A DNA stretch of 64,000 bases, taken from positions 173,848,001 to 173,912,000 of the forward strand of contig OZ024742.1 of assembly GCA_964016885.1 (NCBI GenBank), written 5' to 3'. The translations under genes were made by a program, and so were the position numbers. The DNA comes from Eledone cirrhosa. Taxonomy: Eukaryota. Below, piece after piece: positions 40,406 through 52,312 of this stretch (position 1 is its first letter; every line of letters starts with the position of its first letter). The notes under the pieces are model-generated. The model did not search any database. It had not been told where the DNA came from and saw only the letters and a program-made list of their open reading frames with translations.

Positions 40406-41729
40406 ATGCATTTAAGCATACATACATACATAAGCTGCTATTTTTGAAGAGCAACAAAAATATACAGCTTCAAATTTGTTCCCTCAACTAATCTTTTGAT
40501 GATGAGATTTTAACCCAAAATAAAGAATGCATAAAGGACTGCACCATTTTGTTTTGAGCATATTTTTAACATTTACCATTCAATTCACATTGTGTTTATC
40601 TTCGAATAAAACATTATTTTCTAAGTAAACAATGTTATATGAGTATTTAAAAACAAGCACACATGCTCATGTGATACATAACACTGAATTAGAACGCTTA
40701 TACTGTGGAATTCAAACTCTGGAAAACTCAAGCTTCATCCATTAACTACATTGAGAAATCACAAAAGCAATGAACATAATAGATGCAGGCTTCAACCTGT
40801 TAATTCCTGTATGTTCTGTTCTATGATATTTGTTTTAATAATGGCAAGGGATTAGAGCATATCATTGTTTTTACTACTTTGATGTACCATTGTTTCAGCA
40901 TTGATATGGTCAGCTGAATTTCCTCCCCATTGGATCTCAAATCTTCCTCACAATTCTATTATATTATTGTATAAAGATTCATTAAAAGTTTATTGAGATT
41001 GAATTCCGTACTAGTTGACATGATGTTATCACATCTCATTTTGTTTTCTGTCAGCAATAAGCTTCATATTTAATTCAATGAAATCAGCAGTGATAAGATA
41101 ACGGCTATTAATGCAATGCTGCACATGAAAGCATAAACCCATATTATTTAAGGTCAGTAGGCGGCTGAATCACTTATCACTTAATGTGTTTCCATTTGAA
41201 TCAACTGAGGTGTTCTCAAACTGAGCAATTCTGTATCTATTAAATATTTCAGTTCCAATCAATGGCATCAGAGTAGATATATTTCTACCTTCACTGTGAA
41301 TCATTCAGCATTACTATGCACTGCAGTGATTGCTGCCTTGTAATAAATAATAAATGCTACATAATACGGGATAAAATGGTGGCATAGTAAAACCAGTAGA
41401 AATCTCTTCCAAATATCTCCCTTCAATAAGATATTTTTATTGATTCATATACCTATATACTTAGCTCATACTTCCCAATGATATTTAGTGAAACTTTCAT
41501 GTGTCCACAGTCTGTAAAACAAATCCATATATTAACAATCAACTTACATTGTTGTATTTTCTACCAATTACTATCTCTTAGATTTTAAGCTTCTCTATCA
41601 CACAACTTTTGAAAATCATAAAATTGTGAAACTTGTTTAATTAATGTAAATAATCTTAATAACTCAAATTTAAAATTATCTTTATATTTCTTTCTATCCA
41701 TGCGAGATAAAAAAAACTTATTTCACCTC

Positions 41730-41804
<75 letters not shown>

Positions 41805-41919
41805 TAAACAGGCTTTGCATAACTTATGCAAAGTCTCTATCATGTAGAATACTAGTAGAGCCAACTAATGCAATATAGCTTCAATCTGATTGAGATATTT
41901 AAAAAATATCTTTTCATTG

Positions 41920-43497
41920 AAATTTTCAGTATGGGAAGAGAATATATGGAGAATGCATGGGAAGAAAATAGTTTTCCCCATATTTACTCAACAGAGAGAC
42001 CAGCTGTACAAGTCAGCAGCAGTATAGTAAGTAAGACAATCAAGGATATGAAGACAGACAAGGTAGCTGGACCTTCAGGGATAGTTGCCGAGATGCTGAA
42101 AGCATCTGGAATGGTGGATCACAACATAGTCACTTGCATGCAAAGCCTAGAATCAAAGAGTCTAAAAGTTAACTTGTCAAAGTCCAAAGTCTTATTATAT
42201 ATAAAAGAAAACAAGGCCTAGATTTCCACAGGGAAATGGCTTTGCTCATTTTGCAGAAAAGGAGAAGGTAGAAATTCAATCCTATGTTCCAAATGGGTAC
42301 ATTTATATATATATGGGTACACAAGAGAGGTAGTAGGGTCTCAGGCAGGCTAACGAAGAACATAGGTTTTACATGTGGCCGATGCATAGGGGCAGCAAGT
42401 AGCAAGAGCTCACAGGATATAAATAAGAGCTCTGTAGAAGTAGTAGATAATTCATTTTATTTGAGTGAGCAAATTAGCAGTGGGGTAGGGTGTTTCGAAA
42501 GCACAGTAGCCAGAGTGTGAATGGGTTGGAGAAAGTTCAAGGAGTTACTACTGCTGCTAACTACAAAAGGTTTTTCCCCAAAAATGAAAGGCATGATGCA
42601 TGTATACAAACAGCAATGATGCATAATAGTGAGTCTTGTGCACTGTGTGCTGAACACCTGCAAAAATTGGAAAGAAATGAAGCTTCCATGCCTTGATGGA
42701 TGTGTAATAGTAATATACATGAATGGCAAAGCATAAATGAATAAAGAGAGAAATTAGGCATAAGAGGAATTACAGGCAGTGTGCAGGAGAGGAAGTTGCA
42801 TTGGTATAGACAGCTGTATAAAAAGTTGCAGAGCACTCAAAGTTGATGGAAGCTCTGGAGTGGGAAGACCTATGAAGACTTGGGATGAGGTGATAAAAGC
42901 TGACCTGGCACACTTGCATTAATAGAGACGACCCACATTCCCATTTGCAGGGGCTGAGGCATACATCTGGTATGCACCACATTCCCTCCCATACACCTCC
43001 CACATTGTAATCACCCCACCAAAGTCTAACATCACATCCCCAGATTTATACCCCAATCCCCATGAATCTCCTCTACACAAGTCTCCAATCTACACTATGA
43101 AGTGGTCATGCAACAGCAATGAGCGCCCAGTCCACACTGTAAAGTGGCCATGCAGGTGTCACAACAAAAAGCACCTAGCCCACACTGTAAAGTAGTTGTG
43201 TAGGTGTCACAACAAAAAGCACCTAACCCACACTGTAAAGTGGTTGCATAGGTGTCATGTCAAAAGGCACCCAGTAAACACAGTGAAATGGTCGTGTAGG
43301 TATCATGACAAAAATCACCCAGTACAGACTGTAAAGATAGTTGGTGTTAGGAAGGGTATCCAGCTGTAGAAACCACGCCTAAATTTCTTCTGTGTGAACA
43401 AAACACAGTCCTCCAATCTGGCTTGACTCACAATAGGTCACCTCAACTAATCCATGCTAGTGTAGATAATGGATGTGAAGTGATGATGATGATGATG
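41920..43497 (+). mobile_element. Decayed, internally deleted RTE LINE; 3' UTR has ~5 tandem ~44-bp repeats (43125-43340)
   Basis: MKTDKVAGPSGIVAEMLK, LKVNLSKSK, WVHKR, LERNEA; repeated cacactgtaaagtggtcgtgtaggtgtcacaacaaaaagcacc. Confidence 0.85.
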
Positions 43498-43942
43498 TAC
43501 ACACAAAGACACACACATATATGTAAAGTAGTTGTGTCGATGACACGACAAAAAGCACCCAGTCCACACTTTGAAGTGGTCTTGTAGGAGACACGGTAAA
43601 AAGTCTCCCAGTCTACACTGTAAATGTGGTTGGTGTTAGCAAGAGCATCCAGCCATAGAAAACCTGCCAAGGAGAGCTCTGTACGAGTGAGACACGGTCA
43701 CCTGACTAATCTCGCCTCAATTGGAACAAAACAGTCCAATCCATGCTAGCGTGGAAGATGGACGTTAAACGATAATGATGATGTTAATGATAATATATAT
43801 TGTTATACTTTGGGAGGGTCATGTTACCAATAAGAAACACACGCACCAGTTGCTTTCACTTCAATTCATTATATATTTATAAATTTATAAATTTATAAAT
43901 TTCTGGTTGGTTGGTTCCACAACCAGATAGTTGTTTATATAT

Positions 43943-43987
43943 AGTCATAGTTCTTTCGTCACACACTCTGTGACCTCTTCAGTGACT
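43943..43987 (-). ncRNA. Minimal type-I hammerhead motif
   Basis: AGUCA-CUGAAGA-G-GUCAC AGAGUGU GUGAC-GAAA-G AA C-UA-UGACU. Confidence 0.85.
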
Positions 43988-44188
43988 GGGGATTCCTTTC
44001 TTTGTTTCTGTGCCTCTCCTTTGTTCTGTCCTACGCCATTTTGTTTCTGTGTGTGTGTTGTGTGCTCAGTCTGCGCATGCGCCACATCCGGGTGTCTGTG
44101 TGTGTTTATGTTCATTTATTTATTTGTTTATTTACATGTTACTGGTTGGTTGTTTGTTCTATGTGTGTGTGTGTTTTCAATTGTGTCC

Positions 44189-44605
44189 TTAATTGTAAGT
44201 TGTGATGTTGCTGTTCCACTCATATTTTCTATTTAATTTTGGTTGTAATTCTTTTATGTTTATTGCCTCTGTAATTTGTCTAAACATTGCGTCTTTTCTG
44301 TGTGTAGATTCTATTTTTATTTCTATGTTCTCTAATTTACCCTTGTGTTCTATCTTAGCATGTTGGTAGAGTACAGATGATTCTTTATTATCTTGAAGGT
44401 CTCGCCAGTGTTCATTTATCCGTTCCCCTACACTACGAGCAGTATCACCTATGTACACTATATTTTTGTCTCTACATTGTCCTTCAGTACATCTTATGCT
44501 ATACACTACATTTCTAGTTTTACAGTTAATATGGGGGCTTATTTTACAGGTTATACATTTCTTATCTATACATGAGGGTCTTTGAAAAGGGTATGTCTTG
44601 CTAAT
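44189..44605 (-). pseudogene. PLE Cys linker plus GIY-YIG endonuclease fragment
   Basis: [52 protein letters not shown]. The N-terminus of the listed ORF is inverted-repeat sequence. Confidence 0.9.
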
Positions 44606-44650
44606 AGGACAGAACAAAGGAGAGGCACAGAAACAAAGAAAGGAATCCCC

Positions 44651-44695
44651 AGTCACTGAAGAGGTCACAGAGTGTGTGATGAAAGAACTATGACT
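44651..44695 (+). ncRNA. Minimal type-I hammerhead motif
   Basis: AGUCA-CUGAAGA-G-GUCAC AGAGUGU GUGAU-GAAA-G AA C-UA-UGACU. Confidence 0.8.
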
Positions 44696-45000
44696 ATATA
44701 TAAACAACTATCTGGTTGTGGAACCAACCAACCAACCAGAAATTTATAAATTTATAAATTTATAAATATATAATAAATTGAAGTGAAAGCAGCTGGTGCG
44801 TGTGTTTCTTATTGGCAACATGGCCCTCCCAAAGTATAACAATATCGGTTTCAACACACGATTTCAGATAAAGAATCTTGCTAAACAAATTCAGAAACAA
44901 GATAATATATATATTATATTTTTATAAATATATAAAATCTGTCTGACTGAAAAACTATTGGGAGAATTTGAAATTTAGTCATTGCCTCATAAATGCTTAT

Positions 45001-45190
45001 AACAATTGTTTCTACTTTTGGCACAAGGCCAGCAATTAACCAGTACATTACTGGTACTTTATTTTATCGACCCTGTAAGTATAAAAGGCAAAGTTAACCT
45101 CAGCGGGATTTGAACTCAGACAATAAAGGGCCGTAACTCTTTGCTGCAAAGCATGATGTCAGACGCTCTACCAATACTGCCAATCCTCCA
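45001..45190 (-). mobile_element. SINE family C
   Basis: Reverse-complement match to 27218-27410. Further copies at ~48400-48750 and 51185-51585. Confidence 0.85.
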
Positions 45191-45675
45191 AACCATCACT
45201 ATAAAAACTATTCGAAAAATGTAGGTGAATTATCGAAGGAAATGTGAAAAACTAGAGAGAGAAGCCAGCAAGAAATTGAACAAATGTATCTTTCTGTATT
45301 TCTCTCTTTCACTCTCTCCCCCCTCTCTCTCTCTTTATATATATACACTTATGTGTGTGTGTGTGTGTGTGTTTATGTATATAAGAGTGTGTGTATATAG
45401 ATCTAATAGGCTACTACTACATTAGTGTATTGTATAATTTAGTAAAGTCTACTTTGTCAGAAGTTCAATGCTCAATGATAGAAACGCTATTAAAATGTTT
45501 CCATTGTAATTACATTAGGAAGGACACAAGGAGAGAATACATCCATTTCTGTGAGCCCAGATATCAATAATATAACTTGCTCACTCAATACACTAACAGG
45601 GTTGTCTGTATCATATATATATGTATATATATATATATATTGTACAGGCGACCATGTTATTCTTCATTCTTTCAC

Positions 45676-45713
<38 letters not shown>

Positions 45714-45885
45714 GAAAAGTATAGAGATTATTGTAGCAAGAAGCAAACAGTATTCCATAATATATATAATATATATATGTATATGTATAAATTTATATAT
45801 ATATATATAACGAAGAATTATTATGTCTCAACAACAAACTTTTGACCAATCCTTGTGACAATCACTTTTACTATATATGGAATTA

Positions 45886-45980
45886 ACCCCTGAGAAGCTC
45901 GGCTATTCAAATACCAGGATAAAAATATTCACTTAGTCCAGAATTAGCCGTCGAAACGGCTTGAGCTCAGCCGTCGGGGT
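45886..45980 (+). ncRNA. Decayed type-I hammerhead with long stem II and full stem III, in a small (TA)n-flanked element
   Basis: CCC-CUGAGAA-GCUCGGCUAUUC...GAAUUAGCCGUC-GAAA-CGGC UUGAGCUCA GCCG-UC-GGG. GUC triplet; core has G8A. Confidence 0.6.
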
Positions 45981-45990
45981 CCTACTCGTT

Positions 45991-46084
<94 letters not shown>

Positions 46085-46302
46085 CATATATATATATGCT
46101 AGCGTGGAAAGTGGACGTTAAACGAATATGATGATGATGATGATGATGAGATTTATATATTTATATATTTATATATTTATATATTTATATATTTATGTAT
46201 GTATGTCTTTATGCATGTATAAAATCACACAAAGATTCTACTATGCAAACACCTAGCCTACACGTATATATATATATATATGTAGAGAGAGAGAGAGAGA
46301 TT

Positions 46303-46336
<34 letters not shown>

Positions 46337-48784
46337 GAGAGGCAGCAGACAAACAAACAGACTGGCAGACAGGTAGATAGATAGATAGATCCGTAGGTAG
46401 ATAGAGAAATAAATCCATAGATAGATCAACAATGTAGGTTTAATATCTGATACAAAGCTACCTTGATGATTCCCTCTCCCTTGCCACCATGTTAATACAT
46501 TAAACAGTAAAAACAAGAAATAAATAACCCCTTGAAAATGATAAAAACAAAAAACAAATGCCCAAAGTGTAAGGATCCAAATGGTTTATGTGTTAATCCA
46601 CACTATATATTTTCCTTATCTCAAGAATGTTCTTCAATCCCTGGAAACTTCAGCAAGCTGTGTTCTTGGATGCTCTGATTGATTACAAGTCCCATCTTCA
46701 CTTTCAATTCACCTGAATCTTTACATGCTGTCATACTGTATTACAAATGGTTATGATTGACAAATCAATATATTTACATAATTCTCTGCAGAATATATTA
46801 GTAAAATAGACAACTCAGATTTCCCAAGAGGTTAAACATTCATCTAGAAGTGTCCCTTAGTATGTTATTGGTGGTGGTGTTGGTGGTGTTTGTTGTTGTG
46901 GAGATGTTTGGTTGCATTTCCATTATTAAAGAGTTGTGAGTGAGGATTCTTATCATCAACAGCATCATCATCATCATCATCATCATCATTATCATCATCA
47001 GCATCCTATTCCTTATCCTGCCCTTCCTCATCCTTCTCCTCATGATCATGATGATCATCATCATCATCATGACCTTACAAATCTCAGTTAATCTATATGC
47101 ATGGTCCAATTTTATTATTGTTTGCTAGAAAGCAACAGGGGTGGATTTTTAACATTAATATCATGTATTCCATAAGTACGTTAGCATATAAACATTGATA
47201 TTATGTTAAATACATCAGAACTAAGGACTGGCAGAATCAACATGGTGATGGACAAAATGTTAAGCTGTATTTCATTAGATCAATTCACATAAGTTCAAGT
47301 CTTGCTGAGGTCAACTTTGCTTTTCATTATTCTGGAGAATATAAATAAAATACTAGTTATATACTGCTTTCAATAAATTGACAGCTCTTTCTGCATACAA
47401 TTTTAGTCCTCTGGTTTATATCTGAGATCTATACGTTAAATGCTTCCTTATGTACGTGAAACCTTCTTAGCAGGCTCATTTAATATGAGGTTCAAATTTG
47501 ACAATTCCATTTCTATTGACTTTGATACGTGGACTGGATTCATTGGTGTTATTTTTGAACAGAAGTATACAATGATAAAAATTACTTTTAAAAATATTAA
47601 ATAAAAAACAGAAAGGCTAAAAAAAATTAAATAATATGAAAACAGAATAGTACGAAGTGTGTATGAGGGGGGGGGGGGATTCTACACCTCTAGCTAGGTG
47701 ATATATCTCAGCTGCAACCTACAGACAAAAAAGGTGATACCATTGCCAATGAGACAGGTGATACCAAAAAGGTGATAACATTTGCCTACTTATTCCTGAG
47801 AGGCTTGTGGGGGCAGAGTCTTTAAAAACCCATTCCAGTGTCTCCTCGAGAAGCAACCATCTCCAACAAATCAAGCTTGATCCCCAAGTGAGACCAACCA
47901 AGCTCATGGTAGTTACCCAACCATCTTGCTCAATTCAAGAGAGAGCCTCTACGTTGTAGTGTGAACTGCTAGAAATAGCAGTCAGATCTGTATGGGGTCA
48001 CACAAACTGGTAGAAACAGAACTCATAAATCTCTCAATGGATCACAGTCAATTTTTACCAACAACCTCAGACTTTATATGGTTATATGAGCGGCTAGAAA
48101 TAGCAGCCAGATCTCTCTCAAATCATACTATTTTCTCTTGAAGCCATCATATTTGAGGAATGAGCTACACAAGCTGAAATAGATGATACAGTGAATGTCG
48201 CTGGCTGTTCTTCAATGCTGTTCCTATACTGTCTTTTCTGAGAGACACAGTTTGGATATACCATCCAGGAAAATGTGTAGAATTCACCCCTCGCCATTTT
48301 ATTTTATTTTTTTTCTTCTTTTCCTTTTCATTTTTGTTACTATGATATTGTAAATGCAATAGTTTATGACATCATTTATAACTGTTATATTTGTTTTTTT
48401 AATAATTGTTTTCCATTTTTGGCACAAGGCCAGCAATTACACAGAACATTACTGGTACTTTATTTTATCGACCCCTTAAGGATTTTTAATAATAAGCACA
48501 ATTCAGCAATTCCATTATCATTATCATTAATATTATTACTAATAATGATGATATGGTGGATTGGCAGTATTGGTAGAGGGTCGGAGGCCATGCTTTGCAG
48601 GATAGAGTTACGGCCCATTACGTTCTGATCTCAAATCCCACCAACGTTAACTTTGCCTTTCATCATTACGGGGTCAATAACATAAAGTACCAGTAATGCA
48701 TTAGGATAATTGCTGGCCTGGTGCCAAAAGTAGAAACAATTATTATTATTTTATTTTAGTTATTATTAAGAGGTTCTTAGAGAG

Positions 48785-50099
48785 GTTCTTAGAGAAAAAT
48801 AAGCCACTATACTTACCCTTTGTTGACCTAGAGAAGGCCTTTGATAGGGTACCCCGATCTGTCATGTGGTGGTACCTAAGGAAACTAGCTGTTGAGGAAT
48901 GGCTTGTGTGGACAGTGCAAACTTTGTACAGAGGTACTGTCAGTAAAGTCAGAGTAGGAATAGAGTTTAGTGAGGAATTAGAGGTACAAGTAGGAGTAGA
49001 TCAAGGATCGGTCCTCAGCCCGCTCTTGTTCATTATAGTCCTCCAAGCCATAACAGAGGAGTTTAAGACTGGCTGTCCATGGGAACTTCTCTATGCTGAC
49101 GATCTGGTTCTTATAGCAGAATCAGTAGAGGAACTAGAGAATACATTCTGGCTATGGAAACAGCAGTTGGAAGCAAGAGGACTGAGAGTGAACCTAACTA
49201 AGACAAAAATGTTGATGAGTAGAAAAGATGACAAAACTCTGATACCATTAAGGAAATGGCCATGTTCGATATGCAGAAAAGGAACTGGCATAAATTCTAT
49301 AAATTGCACACAATGCCGATTCTGGGTACACAAGAGATATATCGGGATAGCAGGCAAACTAACAGGTAGGGAGAAATACGTATGCAGTAGATGTACAGGG
49401 AAATTAGACAGTAGAAGTCGCATTGATAGACACATTTTTCAAATGCAGGCAGGTGTTATAGAGGTGGTGGATAGCTTCCAGTACCTAGGATATCAGATTA
49501 GCTTCCGGTACTTAGGAGATCAGATTAGATGTTCTGAGGCCATAGTATCTAGAATAAGGATGGGATAGAAGAAGTTTAGGGAGCTGCTTCCTCTGCTGAC
49601 GAAGAAGGGTTTCTCCCTGCGTACGAAAGGCCAGTTATATGATGCCTGTGTGAGGAGCGCGATTCTGCATGGTAGTGAAACATGGGCAGCAACTGCAGAA
49701 GATATGCGACAGCTGGAGAGAAATGAGGCAAGCATGCTCCATTTGGTGTGCAATGTTAATGTGCGTGAACAACCCAGCATGAATGTGTTGAGAGAGAAAC
49801 TGTGTCTGAGAGGGACAGAATGTAGTGTACGGGAGAGGAGACTGAGGTGGTATGGACATGTGATGCACATGGAGGATGACCGATGGGTGAAGAAGTGCCA
49901 GGAAATGTCAGTTGAAGGAAGACGTGGTAGAGGTAGACCACGAAAAACATGGGCGGAGGTGGTGAGAACAGACCTCAGATTGCTGAAGCACACGGTGGAG
50001 ATGACGAAGGACCGTGACAAGTGGAGAGATGCTGTGCTGAATAAGACCCATCCCACCTTTGCAAGCAGGGAAAAGCGGACGTAAAATGGTGATGATGAT
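48785..50099 (+). mobile_element. 5'-truncated RTE LINE (RT with finger insert, C-terminus, short 3' end, (GAT)n)
   Basis: [65 protein letters not shown]. Confidence 0.93.
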
Positions 50100-50109
50100 T
50101 AATTCTTCT

Positions 50110-51170
50110 TTCTAAGCCTGTTCTTTTGCAACATTACTAAACCAAGAGAAATGGTCATAACTATTGACTTTGGAATTCTTGCTTGGTTACTTTCTAGCTG
50201 TTCCTAAGACTGTCATTTTCTATCCATTTTTCTAAGTTCTTGGTCACACAAAAGTGAGCACCTATCACTATTAGTATGACCTTAATGTTTTTCATGTTCT
50301 ATATTCTTTGGGCTTCAATTTTAAGGTCTGTTATTTATCAACCTTTTCCATTTTTTTTTTTTGGCGGGGGGGGGAGATCCTCTTATCTTCTAGAATAGCA
50401 ACATCAATTATTTGACCTTCCTTCTCTCTTTTTTCTATCAGAACTATGTCAGGTCTATTTGCTGAATTCCTGGCCTTGTGCCAACAGTAGAAACAATTAT
50501 ATTATCACACTGTGTATTCATGTTCCGTGAGACAATCATCATTTACAATAAATCATATTCAACTACTCCCTCTGGTGGATCTTCATATCACAGTTTATTT
50601 CAAACCAGATGATACTTCCACAGAGCTTTCAATCAATAATCTTAGAAACTGTATCATGTCTTCTTTTGTATTCGCTTTGGGCTACTTTGTGGTATTCAAT
50701 AATGATATGACATACACTCTCACTCTTTTCACCACATAGTCTACATGAGGGTAAATCTACAGTTTCATCTATCATAATATTAATCAAGTTGGTTCTGATT
50801 GCTAGCTCTTGAGCAGAGAAAATTAAAGCTTCAGTTGTTGTTTTGAGGTCAGATTTCCTTAGACATTCCTAAGACATGACCTTAGGAGAAGTATCTGGCA
50901 TTTCACTCATAAATTGTCCATACATTAATTTTCCTTTCCATTTAGCCATCTTTTCTTTTTCATTTTCTCGCTTATAGTCATTCTTAAGCTTAGTATTTTC
51001 TGTATCAATGACACCACTTCTCCTCAGTCATCACACATTCTTCACACTCAAGTAATCCTCTTCCTCTTTTGTTCCTTGTTACATATGTTCTGTCTAAATC
51101 ACTATTAGGGTGGAGTGCTTCATACATGGTCATCAATTTCCTTATTTTTCTATCAAGGTGTTTAAGCTTA
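50110..51170 (-). mobile_element. Decayed R4/Dong LINE 3' part
   Basis: Manual minus-strand translation gives WKGKLMYGQF..LRKSDLKTTTEALIFSAQELAIRTN..CRLCG..EYKRRHD. Confidence 0.75.
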
Positions 51171-52074
51171 TCTACTATTATTATTGTTAAGTGGATTGGC
51201 AGTATCGAGGGTCGGACGCCATGCTTTGCAGCATAGAGTTACGTCCCTTTCTGGTCTGAGTTCAAATCCCGCCAAGGTTAACTTTGCCGTTCATCCTTAC
51301 GGGGTTGATAAAATAAAGTACCAGTAATACACTGAAATAATTGCTGACCTTGTGCCTAAAGTAGAAACAATTATTGTTAAAGGGCAAGCAGTGGTTTGGC
51401 AATATTGGTAAAGCATCAGACACCATGCTTTGCAGTATAGAGTTATGGCCCTTTATGTTCTGAGTTCAAATCCTGCTGAGGTTAGCTTTGCTTTTCATCC
51501 TTACGGGGTCGTTAAAATAAAGCACCAGTAATGCACTTAGGTAATTGCTTGCCTTGTGCCAAAAGTAGAAACAATTATTGTTAAAGGGTAAGAGTAAAGA
51601 CCACATTCAGTCATGAACGAGCATTTGCACTTGGAAAGTTACCCAGCCAAGGCACAAGCATTTTGGGGGAAAACTAACAGTTGCCCATGCATACCGATCT
51701 TTCCTTTCCATTCCACTGATGTTGACCAAGGGAACAACAAAGACAAATACATTTTGGTACCAGTGACATCAAAATCCTTTTTCCAGGATTAGTGAACTGG
51801 AGCAATGTGAAATAAAATATCTTGCTCAAGTATACAATGGACAACCTGGTCAGGGAATTGAACTCACAACATTATGCAGCAAGCCTAGAGCTTTGTGCCA
51901 AGGGTATATTCAGTGTTAATTTTGGTGCTTTATTTCTTTTGTATTGAGAATACTCTTTTTAATATATGTGTGTTGCCTAGTAGTGCTATGTGTTCTATTC
52001 TATATATATATATATATATTTGTAAGTTTAAATGGTTGTTTAATTGTCATATATAATAGGCAAAGTTGCTGTAT

Positions 52075-52312
52075 CCCACATTCTCTGGCCTTCTCAATGA
52101 CTATTCCTTCTCATCTGTGTCTCCTCTTTGTTCTGCTCTTGATCTAAATGAAGTGAGGAACTGATTAGATACGTAACTAATAATAAAACTGAAGTGAACC
52201 TCAACTAGTGCATACGTTTTTATTGGCAGCCTGACCCTCCCAAATTATATCAGTATCTGTTTCAAAACAATTTCACATAAAAATCTTGCAAAACAAATAC
52301 AAAAATGAAGTA
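52075..52312. mobile_element. Old decayed relative of the 11062/43798 PLE terminal repeat
   Basis: ttattggcagcctgaccctcccaaattatatcagtatctgtttcaaaac...aatcttgcaaaacaaat resembles 44810-44890. Confidence 0.55.

Larger units (their letters stand above)
43798..44903 (-). mobile_element. 5'-truncated PLE (GIY-YIG end only) with an inverted copy of its 3' terminal repeat at the 5' side
   Basis: Arms 43798-44033 / 44605-44844 are inverted, and 44845-44903 is an extra tail. The coding part is homologous to the C-terminus of 35520-37052. Confidence 0.92.

Noticed and set aside
43125-43340. CRISPR-like repeat array (also 20650-20940 and 60796-61660)
   Set aside because: Degenerate contiguous tandem units without unique spacers, no cas genes, eukaryotic context
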